Shown piece after piece: positions 13,151 through 26,460 of a stretch of DNA of 64,000 nucleotides. The number at the start of each line of letters is the position of its first letter. Position 1 is the first letter of the stretch. The position numbers were made by a program, and so were the translations under genes. The notes under the pieces were generated by a model that was not told the DNA's origin, ran no database searches, and saw only the letters and a list, made by a program, of their open reading frames with translations. Source of the DNA: Raillietiella orientalis (taxonomy: Eukaryota). The stretch lies in the NCBI GenBank assembly GCA_036172245.1, contig JAYWIR010000012.1, forward strand, positions 1,674,001 to 1,738,000, given 5' to 3'.

Positions 13151-14859
13151 CCACGACGTTAGAGGGAATGGGATAACGGATGCCATCACATTTCCTCGTT
13201 ATCGCGATGAGGCAGCCGCATCTGAGCCACTGAGCAGCTTGCCCACACCCTGGAAGGGACGCTGAACACCCCAGGGAAGCCCTGCAATCCCTTCTCTTGC
13301 CCTCCTCCAAACTTTTCAAAACCTTCTCTTTGTGTCTTTCGTTCATCTCTTCTCTTTCGCTCCCTCCTCCCCGTTTTTCCCTGAGAGGCCCGCTGTCGTC
13401 CAGCCGCCCGCGAGCAGCACACCCTCCCAGACTCGTGTGACGTAGCAGGGCTGCAATCTCCTCTGAAGGACTTTTCCGTCAAGAAGGACTCCTTGTAAAT
13501 ATGCATTGTTTCCAAGCAAGCGTCCGGGTGACAATTCCCCTAACCATCTACCCCCATTCCTCTCCCAGTCCTCGCCATCAGCATGTCTTGCGTAACTCCT
13601 CCACTGATAAAAATTTCCGGACCTCCTGAGAAAAGCCTTCTGGGAGCACAGAGGTCCCGAGGGCCTGTGCACGCCGCGTCGGGATGCCGGGTTCGGAGCC
13701 CTCACGTTGGAGAAGATGAAGCGTCAGATCCAGCTTAGAAAGTTAGCCCTAGAGGCGAAGTTTTGGAGCTCCCGTCGGTGCGTTCTAGCCGGACTCCTGG
13801 CCAAGCAAGCAGCCGATGGCGAGGAGCTCGGTATGTTCCTCTTGCGCGGCTACCGAGGGTCGCCGCCCGAAGCGGGCACCAGCTCCGGCAAATGGCCTCC
13901 TTGGTCCAGGAGAACAGGTGAGTTTCCTGATGCTGAGCAGCAGAGGTCTCAGGTTGTTACGCTGCCTTATGCCGCGACGAGTGGGCACTCCATACACGTG
14001 CCGGCCGCTGAAACAGCGTTGCTCCAGCAGGAGCACAGATAGACCGAGAAGACAGCAAGAAATCCCATACGTTCCGGGAGCTCCAGGGGTTCCTGGTCGG
14101 CTCAGTCGAAAGCCTTGCGCAGATAGAGCGCGACCGCAAGTGGTCCATGTGCGTCTGATCCTTGGTGGCCTTGCTTTCCCTGGTCAGAGGAGAACCCAGA
14201 GTTCTCGCGACCCGCTGTTGCAACTAGGGATGCTGGATGATGGGTTTTCCCGTTTTCTCTTCTCTCCTTTAAGCTTTATGTTTTCCTTTTTTTCGGGTTT
14301 TCCTTGTTTTTGGTTTGCCCAGTGCGGAAATAAACCGTTTGCTTCCTAGGGTGGGGCTTAGAAAGTTCCTTGACGCTGCCTAGGGACTACTTTTGCAAAG
14401 GAGCTTCTGGTGTGAGCAGCGTAACACCACCCACGCCACCAGTGGGTGCGTGTGGCTTTTCAAGCTGGGAGATAACTGCAGTTGCCTGGAAACAGGAAAC
14501 TGTTCAGACGTGGACGGAAAGAAACAGCACGAACCCGGAGCCATAGCGATGCCTGTGATTCTCGAGCTGCTCTAACTGCAAGAAATCGTGGACTGTCTCC
14601 TCAAGGAGAACCACTTGGGCACGGAACACCTTACTTGCAGCCGTGCTCAACACAACGCGACAGAGAGGACGTGGCGATGGTCTTGCGAGATCGTGGGAAA
14701 AAAGAAGTAACCGGAATGCTGAATGGTCGTGTCAACCAGCTGACGCATGCATCCCGCCGCCCTCCCAAAAGGAATTCTTCGATGGGCGGAGCCCCTGAAC
14801 ATTACCCTTGGAGAGGGAGGAACACATCCACTGTTTGTGGACAGCTCCACGCTTCCCCT

Positions 14860-15160
14860 GAAGTGGCGAAACTCGGCATTGCAGTTGTTGCTCTGCAAGA
14901 TTCCATGCAACGCACGAGTCTACTACCGGACAAGAGGGAATGTATCCCCGGACCGTGCCAGGCGCGGGGAACGGGAAACCTTCCCGCACCTGTTGCTGGA
15001 CTGCGTTGTCCTCCTGAGTGTCCGGGAGCGCTTTGCTACGGCCCTCCCACTTCCGATGGACAACGGCAGAGATCTTTCTGCACCTCTTCACGCGCGACGC
15101 GATGTCGTCTGCAGCTTCCCTCGCAACTCTGCGCCGCCTCCGTGGGATTGCGGCGACAGA
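14860..15160 (+). mobile_element. Decayed LINE ORF2 C-terminal zf-RVT-like fragment
   Basis: KIPCNARVYYRTRGNVSPDRARRGERETFPHLLLDC fits LP.N.RL...SP.C..CG.ET..HLLL.C with the Cys codons decayed. Confidence 0.6.
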
Positions 15161-16399
15161 GGGAAGACTCTCCGAAAGTGGTCAGTCGGATGATAAGGTC
15201 ATCTCAATTGTCTGCTCCTTCATGGGGAAGACGACAAGATGGCCACATCTCTGCTGACAAAAGGAGGAAGCCGCCAACACCCTCCAGAGGGTGCTGAGGA
15301 CGCCAGGAAGAAATCTGTCATCCTTTCCCTCCCCCCCCCCTCTTTCTCAGCATGTTTTTAAACTGAAGTTTCAAATTCTTTTTTTTTTCCGCTTTTTTTT
15401 ACCCCTTCTCCCACTTCTCCTGTGAGGACCTCATCAGGGGAGCTGCTCACGAGAAGCAGCACATTCGAGACATCTCGCCTCGTAGTCTCATATGGAACCG
15501 CTACGAAGAAAGACATTTCTGTATTTTATATGACTTTTTTTGTAAAGGTTTTGTACAGTGAGCGCCCCCGTCGTGATCGGATGTCTAAAATAAAAAGTCT
15601 CTGTATGCACTGGTTTCGTTCTGTTCGACCTGAACCCTCTTAGTTCAGAAAAGTCCAGAAATCGACTCCGTACCTGAGCTCCATCCCTCGAAAGGTCCGG
15701 GGAAAGGAGCAGCTAGTGAAGGCTTCTTCGGGAACCCCAGCTCGCCCAGAATCTTCGCGCAGAACGAAGGCTTTGGGGAGACGCCCGTTGGGGCAAATGA
15801 AGGCTGCCTGGCGCATCGTCCCCGGATCTTCTAGGAAGCATGCGCCTCCGTACCTTTTGTGGAGATGCACGCCCTCGCTGGAGAATCACAACTGTGCCCC
15901 GGAATTACTCCTCTTCGTCAGGCTGCAGAGACGATCGGGAAGCCGGAAGCGAAAAGATTCGAATTTTCCCAGGGAACTTCCGTAAGACGCTCGCTAGGGT
16001 ATCGTCTCCAGGAAGCAGCTGATTGCCTTCCGGTGTTTGATCAAAACCGCGTCTCCCGAAAGATTTCATGCCACACGAAGATTTCGGGTGAACTGAGATT
16101 CCCGAAGAGGCCCTCTCTGGCTGCTCCCTCTGGGAGGGGGGAAGCAGAGGTGGTTCCCGTGGGCTCCCCCGCCTCGAATGCAGTCACCCGTTCAAGACCA
16201 GAGCGAGAGTCTCCCGGAGCCTCCCGAGGGCGCGTCGTTTCCCCGGTGACTGCGAAAAAAGCGCACTCCGCATAGAAATCGGCGGGCCAGCGAGGTGGTC
16301 AGGTCACGACAGGATTCCAGCACAGGGCCGAACGCCATAAATGAGGAAGCCAGCTGCGGACTCTCGGAAGCGCGTCTCACAATGCCGAAGTCGCCATGA

Positions 16400-16970
16400 T
16401 GATTGCATCTGCACTCGGGGCAGTGGCTCATCGGTCATCCAGTAGGCAAAGATGGCTGCTGAGGTCACAGAAGTGGAAATCGTCCACGAAAGTGTTCGTC
16501 GAAACCGTGACGAACAATGAAAGGGCGTGTTGCATCAGATCAGAAGGAGTACGCTCACCAGCACTCGCTTTTCAGTCGATCGCTGGAGGCTGCTTGTCCC
16601 TGCGAGTTTCAGCCACGGTTTCAGAGGCGAGTGAGTTCAGGAGCATGCACAGATCCGGGGAGTGGTTCGTCGTATCGCCGCTAGATGGGCACCCACATAG
16701 GCTCGTCGTCCGTCTGTGGGATCCGGAGAGCGACAGCGCGGCGAGGAAACCGGAGGCGCTCCTGGGAGCTGGAGGAGCACATAGGAGGCAAAGGCCGTGA
16801 CCTCGAACGCTCTCACACTCCCCGTAGCCAAACACCTGAAGCACAAGCTGAGTCCACAGTCCAGCGACTCAGCCTCTCTCGAGAGAGGGAAGGCGAGGTG
16901 GATTGCGTAGGAGGACAACCTGCTCTCCCCTCCGTCACTGGCTGCGTCCCCTGCCAGCACACCTCATGAA
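16400..16970 (+). mobile_element. Possible decayed LINE RT core fragment
   Basis: EGVRSPALAFQSIAGGCLS resembles the G..S....G..QGC.LSP region; highly degenerate. Confidence 0.3.
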
Positions 16971-18959
16971 ACAAGAAATGCCCATCCGAAGATCCTTGAA
17001 GGCGAAGGAGGATGGTTAGAAATCCGTCAGGGAAAATTCTCTTCAGGTTACCCCCGAGAGTTTCTCCGATGCGGTCACCCCCATGTCACCCCCGTGGCCA
17101 TGTTTTCCAGACCTGGAAGAATGATCCGCCATCCGACAGCACAAAGGCCACGGTCTCGATCAACCACTATCTTTCGAGCGAAGACGAGGATCGGTCCGCA
17201 GCCCGGAGAGCGCTCCGCACGCGGCGGCGTTCACATGGCGACGGAAGTTTCCGCGTGCGTATCGAAATTCCACATCCTCCGTGTTGCAGTGAGTAGGCGC
17301 CAGCGACCGGCGGAACTGTGGGAACCCACTATCAGATAATTCTAGGAAGTCGATTGTCTCCGGAACGCACTGCAGCGCACCTTGGGAAAACGGGTACCCC
17401 TCGCCTCTGCAAGAAGGGAGCATCCCCCCATCCCCATCCCGCTCATCGCTTCCGTCTTGGATTCTCATTTCCAGGTGTGGTTGAAAGCGTGGTAGAGAGT
17501 GGCTGCGTGCTGTTGCACAGGTGGCGTTTCCCCTTGGTTCCAAGATCTGGACGGCTCACGGAGAATGGGGCAATCTGAGGAATGGACGCTTCCGTGGATG
17601 GGGACTGCGTCCACGGATCGCGGGATTCTCTCGCAGCGGCGAGCTCTCGTTCGCCCTCGATGCCAGCGCCGTGGAGGCCGATGAAGGAACCCGCGGCACA
17701 GTCTCCCGGCGTCACAGCCGCTAACGCGGGGCAGGAGCACCTGCTGTATGGACCCACCCACTCGTTTTGCGGATTCTCGCGATTGCCGGAAGCGGCATTT
17801 CCAAGGTCATTCCTAGGCGAACTTATGCGGCAGCTCCAGCAGGCGGCTAGATGACAAGAGACCGATTTCCAATTCCGCCACCGTACAGCTGTTTCCATCC
17901 TTCTGCGTTGCTCAGTTCGTGCCTTGCAAGGATGCGTGAGGACCCGGCTCAAGATAGCAGTACCGAAACAGTAGGAAACTCGCCTCCTACTGTCATACGC
18001 CAGGCCTCCTCACGAAATTCGGACTCCAGTCGTTCCGGGCCACCACCTGTTCTCCTTATCCTTCTCACCAGATTCCCGAGCCCAGAGCCCCCTTCCGTTC
18101 TGCAGGACCTTCGAATCCCCGGCGGGATGCTTCAGTGCATTAGCAGAATTCAAAGCGCTCTTCCTTCGCACGCTTTAAAAAGTTGAAGATCTGCATGGTG
18201 AGGAGCAAGGGATGAGTTTTCCTCAGCTCCTTCCCCTCCTCCACCAGACTCCCTGCATCATGCTGGAGCATTTTCGAAGGAGCAGGGTATGGCGACTACA
18301 CGAATACAGCTCACTTTTTTCAGGAGCTCCTCTTTAAGCTCACCTTCCATCGAATTGATGGCCATCATCCACTTGCTCGAAATATACGTGCCCCGTCGTT
18401 TCTTCTCGAAGCATCTCAAGTGTCCAAAGCATCTGCTCCTCTCTGGCACCTTCGAGACGCGAAAATTGAGCAGATGAATGTCTCTGAAATGGCATTCCCT
18501 GGTCCTCCGCACGAGTATCTTGCCGAGAGGAAAGCGAAGGGAGGAGCACGCGTGTTCATGTGAGGCTTCGAGAGAATGGTCCAGCGAGTCCTGTCGCAGC
18601 TAAATTGGACGGCACATCTGCTGACTCTTCCTTGCATGATACTCATGAGAGTGCGTTATGACGACTCCTCCACAACTCAAGATGAGTGAAGCGCATTTGA
18701 ATTCTGACCTTCGATTGTTTCAAGGAGCGTCTTAGCAAGCAGCAGCTCTGTTTGCCCTCAGGACTTGCAATAACAGTAGCCAGCCGGCAGTGTAGGAGCT
18801 CTTCTGCACCATTGCGGGTGTGACCAAAATTCAAGGAGGCCGGAGGGCGAATGTGTGGTTGACGCCCTCAGGCTGCAGGACTCCGTCAGTTGTCCATGTA
18901 TCCCGCGCAGAACTGGTGATCCCTATCCTTTGCTCGGAGCTCCCGTTCAACTGCAAACC

Positions 18960-19200
18960 TGAAATGACTCTCTTTCTGCTCTGAGGCTTCCAATGCAACA
19001 GTACCTCCGAATCATTTCCGGGACAACTGTATCCCCGAAATGTTCCTGGCGAGGGGCGATATAATCGTTCCCGCACCTGCTGCCTGACTGGGGTGCCCTC
19101 CAGAAACTGTGGCGAAGGCTGACTCGGCACTGCCACGCTTTTTCGCGCGAGCGGGCTTTCCTGTGGCGCGGCGGTCGCTACGTCGGGTTGCGTTTGCGCC
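18960..19200 (+). mobile_element. Decayed LINE ORF2 C-terminal Cys/His fragment
   Basis: My translation RLPMQQYLRIISGTTVSPKCSWRGAI*SFPHLLPDWGALQKLW; homologous to 14890-15020. Confidence 0.55.
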
Positions 19201-20099
19201 ATCTCGGCGGTCTGTGTCGCTCTGGAACTACGCTCGCTGGAGCGGGAAGTCACCCGCCCAGTCGGCCATGCCCTTGCTCCATTCTGGCGATCATCGCCAC
19301 CCACACGTGCAGACGGGGGACAGAGAGTAGGCGACCGGGAAGCATGGAGAAGTTATCAGCCCTTCTTTAACCGCCTCGTGGCGGTTAAAGAATCGTGGCG
19401 TGGCAGGGCTGCTACCATTCCGCAGTGGGTGCCCTCCTTGGACATTCTCCCTGCTGCGTTGCACGGAAGCGTTTCGCATTCCGGAGGAAGTCCAGTGCAC
19501 CAGCAAGTCAGTGCTCTGCCGGTAGCAAAGAGGCATCAACCAGTAAGCTTTACTGGTTCCGGGGACAAAGGATCAAGCGGAAAGAGTATCTCCGGCTTCC
19601 GAGCAATTAGGACAAGGTGGGCCGAGGCTATTCGGATGTGCCTTCGAAACCGGTGAGTGGTTTGGCCCTGTTCGCTCTTGGATCGTTTTTCCTTCCCCCT
19701 TCCGCACCGTCCTTTGAAGACCAAGCCTGAAGTGGCCAAGCCCTAGTCTTTCGGAGGACACCCGGTGCAGGATTTACAGGATTTATGTTCACGCTGCGAA
19801 CTCCCCTGTTAGGTCAAAAGGGAAAACTTCCTTGGTGACTCGAGCGGCAGTTGCCGACCTGGAGATTTCTGGTAGTCTGCGGGCTGCGTTACGATGTGTG
19901 TTGCTTTCACAACGGCACTTCTTTCTTTTGAGGCATGTGACGGATGCCACCGCTGGGATGATGCTGATCAAGTTTTAGACGAATTCCAGGAATACTCTGA
20001 TGTGTCGTCTTTCAGGACTTCGTTTCAGGCCAGCCGCAGACTCCGCAGGAATTTCTCCTTCAGTTCCTTTATTCGATTTTACGATGAGGAAAAGCTTTG

Positions 20100-21100
20100 A
20101 AATGGAGGCTGCTATTTAGGGGGAAAACGACGATACTTCTTGCCTCGATAGGCTTTGGAGAGTCGCTTTCCATCAACAGGAAGAAATATGTGCACATCCT
20201 TCGTCACCAACAGCACCTTTGGTTGTTTGTCTGCTCCAAAGTCTGTGTGTTCGACCAGCTGTTTGGAATCCAAGCAAAGAGAATCGTCCTTGATTGCAAG
20301 GAACGGATGCAACTTGGCGTCTGGTCTTTCATAGCCAAAGCATCTCTGGAAGTGTTCCACATATCCATCGACTGGAAGTAAGCTCTTCCTACTGGAAGGC
20401 AGCGATTTCTGAATACAAGAATTCTTCTGTTCCCAATTCTCTCAACTATTCCTGATTCGAGAGAATCGGAGGCATAAGGAGGAAGGAAAACTTGCAAGAG
20501 CATCCCCTGTGGTTCCTCCCCTCCAGACCAGCTCTTTTTGGACTGCTCTGAAGAAGTTTTCCTTTTATGGTTTTAGGGATTCTACGTGACTTGAATAGCG
20601 CTGTTTGCCTCATCCGACATATCTCCACGCCCTTTCTGGAAAACACTTTTAATTCGGCCCAACTCTTTGGATTTTCACTGCGGCATTTTCCAGCCTCATA
20701 TTCGTGATCTCACCAACGAAAACAGCTCAAAATGGGACTGCCGCAGGAAATTTTACAATCTGCATTCAAGAATCTCATGTCTGTCGAGTGTGGCCACTGT
20801 GACCGACGCAGCACCAAATTCTTTATCGTGCGGAAAAAGAAACGTCCACCAAGGGGATTTCACGGTGCGGTAAAGGTATGCGTGGTTTCTGTGATGCCAA
20901 GATACCTTTCTTCTGAGACGTCGAGTGTTACAGCGACGGCAGTGATCTTCGGAGGTGGGGAGGTAGATGTGACGTGAATCGACTTGCATGTGCGACGAGC
21001 ATCGGTGATGCTCATCGGAAGAGAATGCGGAAGATGAAACGTGAGAACAAACTCGTGATTTGGCACTCAGTTTGTCTTGGAGGGAGAATGAAGTTCCCTT
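20100..21100 (-). mobile_element. Probable decayed hAT-superfamily transposase
   Basis: AVAVTLDVSEERYLGITETTHTF (cf. the hAT first catalytic Asp region TxDxW....YLGIT.HF) and downstream DMWNTS (cf. TRWNS). Many frameshifts. Confidence 0.4.
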
Positions 21101-22889
21101 CGCAACCGTGAGAGCAAAGACATCGCTGGGTGCTCTGAGATGATAACAGAAGCCGTGGAAGACTCTTAACACTCAGATTCGTAGAGCAGGTTTCCAGATG
21201 GCGTTTCGAAATCCGACGAATTAAAATGTCTCCGAAGGAAGGAGTGAGCGGTTATCAGGCAGCTCTGCAAGATGCACAAATCGTTCCCCGCTTTGTTCCT
21301 TGAATCCCTACTGCTCCTCTCATTTCCACCGAAGTTCTCGTCTTCAACCCTTCTTACCTCTCTGAGCTATGTGCTGAGAAATCTTCGCTAGCACTGACCG
21401 TCCCTTTTCCCTGGTCCGACACTCCGCTCGGAACTTTGGGAAGTTGAAAAAAGGATTCACTTTCTTCAAGAAGCGAAGAAGGACGAATATCGGACTCTGA
21501 TGGAAGAAGCGCCTGTCAACACGAAGCACTCGTGGAACTCAGTACTCTCTCAAGAGCCAGAAATTTCGGAGGAAAGTTCTGACTTGAGCGTGGATAGGAG
21601 GCATGCAACGTGATTCTCATCCAACTGCCATGGACCAACCAGTTCAGGAACTCCGGAGAATACGCAGCCTGCTTCAATGGATGCACGTAAAAGAAGTCCA
21701 TCATCTCTGACAGCAGGCGGATGCAGACAGAGGATCGCAAGAAAGGACTTTTCTTGTTTGCGTGTTTCAGCACGCGTGCATCCTCGTGTTCCACGCCTTC
21801 ACCAAGTGTCACTGGTGGGCATGACTTCCTCACACCAAGGGTGAAGCTGTCACCACTAGAGAATGCTTGCATGATGCGATGGTTGCGTTCCACAGCAGAG
21901 GACCTCCGATTGCAAGCATCCGAAAGAGGCAGAGTACGATGCTCAGACCTCTTGGTGTGGGGGAAACTTGGCTGCTTTGCAACGAGATGCACAAAGGATG
22001 GAAACGCTGTACCCTCGTCGTTTGTTCCTCTCCTGAAGCGTATGCCGCGGGTGCTGTCACCCGAGGGAGATGGAAAATCGGTGGAGCAAATCGACTCTCT
22101 CCTCATTCATCGTCATTTCTTCTGGGGACCATAGGATCCGGGATGCAGGAACAAACAAATGGGAAGAGTCGTTGGTAGAGTCCCGAAGTGAGAGTCCCGC
22201 AAACACAGAGCAGCTGTGCTCTCGAACACCGTGCGGAACTCGGAACACCACGACCAGGTGCAATTACACATATTCCCCCTGTCCTGGACAGTTCCACCAT
22301 TGCTTTGAACCTGGCTGCTCGCCCATCTTTACCTTGTCCGGAGCAGACCCTAGAAATTCATGTTCAGCACCGTGAGACTGACCCACCCCCTACTTATTCA
22401 TTTATTTACTGGTCATCCAGTTATCCACTCCCCCCTAATTTTGCTTCAGTCTGCGTATTCGGGCAGGCTCACTGAGGTCTCCAGAACTGGCAGACTCCAG
22501 GTCTCTTCAGCAGCAGACGAGGAGATCCGACGGCAGTGGCAAGTGTGACCACTTCCCAAGCAAGATGTCGTCGTGCCTCCTGCAGCAGAACTACTCCGAG
22601 GCATTGGATGAAAGGGAGCGGTTCTTCATTTTATTTAAATCAATCTAGGATGAGAGGGTCTTGCCCAGATGTTTATATAAACACATAAACAGACTGTACA
22701 AAAATGCAGCCAAGTGACTTACAGATCGACCTCGTGCATGGAAAAAACGGATGAGAGTAGACAAAACATAAAAAAAAAAAGCGTTGGAGAGTCGAAATCT
22801 GTCTAAAGTGCATCAATAAATCTGAAAAGGAGGAAAAGGGGGAGTGATTTTTACCGTAGTTCATTACGGAAGCTGAGGAAGGAGGACTC

Positions 22890-23520
22890 CAGTGTCTTGA
22901 GGTGCAGGCGGCGTTGAGCCAGTCGGCACCATGGAAGACTTCTCCCTGTTCACTTCAGATCTGTCCCGCCGAGAAACAGGGGTTGCGTCGTGGGTTTCGA
23001 GTTCCCCCTCCCCCCCTTTCTGCAGGATGACGCTACCTCCGGATACTCCCGTTGACTGGCCTCCGGGATTGGAATTTGGCCCTCCGGGTCCTCCCAAGAA
23101 TCGAGGAGCCGTCCCCTCCCCCAAGGGGGGGGGGGCTCTCCATCGCCTTCCATTAGATCTGGTTGACTGAAACCTCTCCAGAGTGCAAGAAGCGCGCTGC
23201 TCCCTTCGGGGGAGGAGGTGACCTTCAGAGTATACTGGGAAGTGTCCCTTCGGGGTTCCTCTTCAGAGGAGGAGCAAACAAGGATCGGTTCCCTTGCAGA
23301 TTCCCTTTGGATAAGAAAATGAGGAGCATTCTTCCCTCCTGGGGGTCCCCTCTGGGGAGAGAATAAGGAAGGAGGTTCCCTTCGGGGCACTCTTTGGAGA
23401 CAGCCAGGGTAGAGGGTTCCCTTCGGGAATCCCCTACCAAGCGCAAGAGGAACGGACTCCTTCCTGCTCCAGAGCCCTTCCTAGATCCATGGGCGGTCCC
23501 CTCCCAGGGTACCCTCGGAC
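22890..23520 (+). mobile_element. SINE-like element copy D (degenerate head)
   Basis: Hairpin array CCCTTCGGGG/CCCTTGCAG... at 23170-23470 plus AAGCGCAAGAGGAACGGACTCC, colinear with copies C, F and G. Confidence 0.75.
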
Positions 23521-24010
23521 TTAGAGAGTTGCTACCTTCTCGGAGGAGGAAAGCGGGAGAGGGAACAAACCTAGCCAAAGACCGACTGCACCGAAACGTT
23601 GAAGAAGAACTAACGATGGGCAGCCGTGGGAGGTTTCATGGTTACCCGATGAGCCACCATGGAAGACCTCGGTCTTGTGCACGGCTGTGAGATGGATTTT
23701 TGTGAAGAGTGAATCTCCCTCGCCTCCGTTCCTGGAAATCGACAGTTTCCGCAGTGACGGGGACGACGACCAGTTCCCCGTCGTCTCCATGACCACCTTT
23801 GTCGTGACGGGATCGCGATGATTGTCGCCATTGCACGGTCCTCATGGTTGAGGCAGACATCGTTGAGGAGGTGCGAACCCGGTTATGACGGGACGTTTAT
23901 TTTGTAAGCAAAATAAACTGCAAGTTAGAGGGGGAAAGTATCGCCTCAAAGAACAAGAAATGCCAAAAAAAAAAAAAATTCTGGGATACCCACCGACACG
24001 CTTCCAAAAA

Positions 24011-24178
24011 GTAGGTGCTGCTAGTTCAATAGCGGCAATTGACCACGATGTTAATTGTTTTGTAGAGAGCAATTCCACCAGCAATAGTCATGCAGAAACA
24101 TTTTTTCAAATTTTGAACTCTCTGTTCAAAAAGCACAATTACAACTACGATAAAATAGACCACTTCACGGTCGTAGTT
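24011..24178 (+). pseudogene. tsaB: Fragment of bacterial tRNA threonylcarbamoyladenosine biosynthesis protein TsaB (YeaZ), Wolbachia/Rickettsiales-like; putative nuclear endosymbiont insertion
   Basis: VGAASSIAAIDHDVNCFVESNSTSNSHAETFFQILNSLFKKHNYNYDKIDHFTVVV is the TsaB segment between N-terminal ILAIDT and GPGSFTG (S.HAE.....I..L and .ID...V motifs). It forms an AT-rich island in GC-richer DNA. Recognised from memory, not by search. Confidence 0.75.
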
Positions 24179-24559
24179 AGGGAACGAAGGGAGAGGACAA
24201 TAGATAAATAAAAAAGAAGATGCGTACAGGGTTCTTTGGTATGAGACGTTTCTTAATTTTTAGAAGCGGCTCTGGACGGTGGCGATCTCCCTGGCGACTT
24301 CTTCTGGCAGATGAGGCCACCTTACTGCATTCCTCATGAGTGCTGCTGCCATTCTGGTGGCCTCTATTCGCTGCGAACCTGACTCCAACACTTGGCGAAC
24401 TGTCGCTATGGCGCTGATGCAACAGAGTGCTGCGATGACAGCGCCCTTCTTCGGTCCACTTTCTGTGAAGAATCGTCACAGCAAGTCCGTTGCAGTGTCC
24501 TGCGGTCGACGCTGAGGCGAGTCTCTTCCACAAGTCCTCGAGGGCACTGCGTTGAGTTG

Positions 24560-25100
24560 GTGAGGCCGTCTTGCCATCTGCCTCATCATGGAAGGGGGTG
24601 GAATGGGAGGACGCCCTTCCGTCACCCCATTGCGTGGCGAGATGCGACAACTGCAGCAAAGCTTCGCCGGCAGCCCTTGTCACGTGAAGAGCAGCGCTCA
24701 GAAAAGCTGCCGAGGAGAGTCTTCCGGGAACAAGAGGGCTGCTGCCGCTACCCGTCATCCGCTGTGGATAGACTTCCATTCCAGCTTGGAGCCAACTCGC
24801 TCAATAACGGTATTCGCAACGTGCCGCCCTCGCAGGGAACATCACTGGAGCGTTCACGAGAGTGGTGGCGACCACTAGTCAATCCAAGCAATGCCATGGA
24901 CTCCTGTCATCAATGTAGTGATCAAGTCGCGGGGTCTAGAAGTTCTCCTGGATTACCTTATAAGTTTGCAGACTACTGCTACGGGGAAGACCTTCCACTT
25001 AGCCACTTTGCGTCTGTCCGCTCCCATTGGGAAAGGGACTCTGAGGCTAGGGGCGACGACGCTGGTGCGTGTGACCACTTCTCTCGTCGTACCACCTGCA
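24560..25100 (+). mobile_element. Decayed LINE RT fragment (RTE-like motifs)
   Basis: FQLGANSLNNGIRNV...ERSREWWRPLVNPSNAMDS (cf. Q.GF..S..D.I...EKSRE..RPL...D..KAFDS), followed by KSRGLE..LDYL. Confidence 0.55.
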
Positions 25101-26299
25101 GGAGGAACTGCCCCGAGGCGTTGGATGAAGGGAGGAGTTCCGGACTGACCCGAGAGACCCATGTTTATGCAACTGGAGCCTCCTGCCGCTACGCGTTGCG
25201 ATTTAGCGGCAGATAGGAGATCCATGCGTGCTTCGCAGGAGGGAAGCTTTTGGTTGCGGACCGATCCACTCCGCATCCCCAAGAATGGGAGTGTCCCTCA
25301 TCGAAGGGATGAACTGATCTCCAGGATTCGAAACCGCAGCCTCCTACTCGTCGGTCCTGATGGCTCCTGTTTCGACGTGTGTGCGAACCTAAGAGGCACG
25401 GTCTTTTTCTGGAGACTGGACTCTGAAGATTTGCACTCGGTGATTCATGTCCCAGACGGCGCCCTCAGCAGAAGCTCCGACTTTACTGGACATCTGAAAA
25501 CCTCACGTCGCCTGAGGAACACACGATGATGGAAGAATAGGAATGGCAGAACAGAAATCAAGCGGTACCGCGACGGAAAAATGGAGACGCACAGGAAGAA
25601 ACCTTGCCGATCGGTAGCCCGCTGCGCACTTTTGTCCCTCGCACGAGTAGCAAAAGTCTTATTTCGAGTTTTCTTTAGACGGATTTTTCTTCCAAGAGGA
25701 GGAAGAAATTTGAACCCTTTCGATCATATCAGCCGAGTGTATCTTTCGCAACAGTGCTGGAAGATACTTTGTTTCGCGATCGCTGAGATGCTTGTCTAGA
25801 ATCATTGGGAAGGGGGAGACGGTGCAAGTCTCTTCCTCTTAACTGGTGGAGTATCTGCCTAGAGATGCGAGCAAACGGAAGAGAAGGAAGAAGAATTTCA
25901 CCCTAATTTTCTCTGTTAGGCAACTTGGAGGGATTTTTCGGTCTCGGGAATGAGATCCCGACTGCGCTGCAAGCCGAAGTGTCACTTGCAGTGCAGCACT
26001 TACCTCACAGGGAGCTGGATCAAAAGGACTGCCGAGATGGCCCGCGGCAATTAAAATGACCCTGCACCTGAGCATTGGCCGGAGTCCCTGACAAGCAGCG
26101 CTTCGAGTCGCAAGCAGCAAAAAGAAACTGAGCAAAGCCGATGAAGCGCAGCCATCTCCTGGCCTCACTCCTCCGTGGTCACTCCAGGATGCATCTCTCC
26201 GCTCAAGCGAGCCCATGGGTATCTCCCCACCTTCGTACTTCAGGGTGCCGCCACGCTTTCGTCGTGCTCCTCTAGGAGCTTCCCTTTCATACAGTGCCC

Positions 26300-26460
26300 A
26301 ACGAAGAAAGGGATGGTTCTTTAAACGGCCAGCGCCTCGGGTTGGACCAGGACCACTCCGCATCATCTGACAGCCTGTGACGTTCCACGACCAAGATGGC
26401 ACCGCACCACAATAACAGTTTCCCCTTCCAGGAGACGACTCCCCAAGCATTGCCAAGGCG
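26300..26460 (-). mobile_element. Possible decayed LINE ORF2 C-terminal Cys/His fragment
   Basis: GNCYCGAVPSWSWNVTGC spacing resembles C.CG..E...H....C. Confidence 0.3.

Noticed and set aside
14930..15010. Sirtuin-like CG..RP...FGD reading on the minus strand (also at 6.2 and 19.0 kb)
   Set aside because: The opposite strand gives a better and longer LINE zf-RVT match (HLLLDC).
20330..20400. ISL3 transposase MDMW motif
   Set aside because: There is no following DRFH motif, and the neighbouring motifs fit hAT better.
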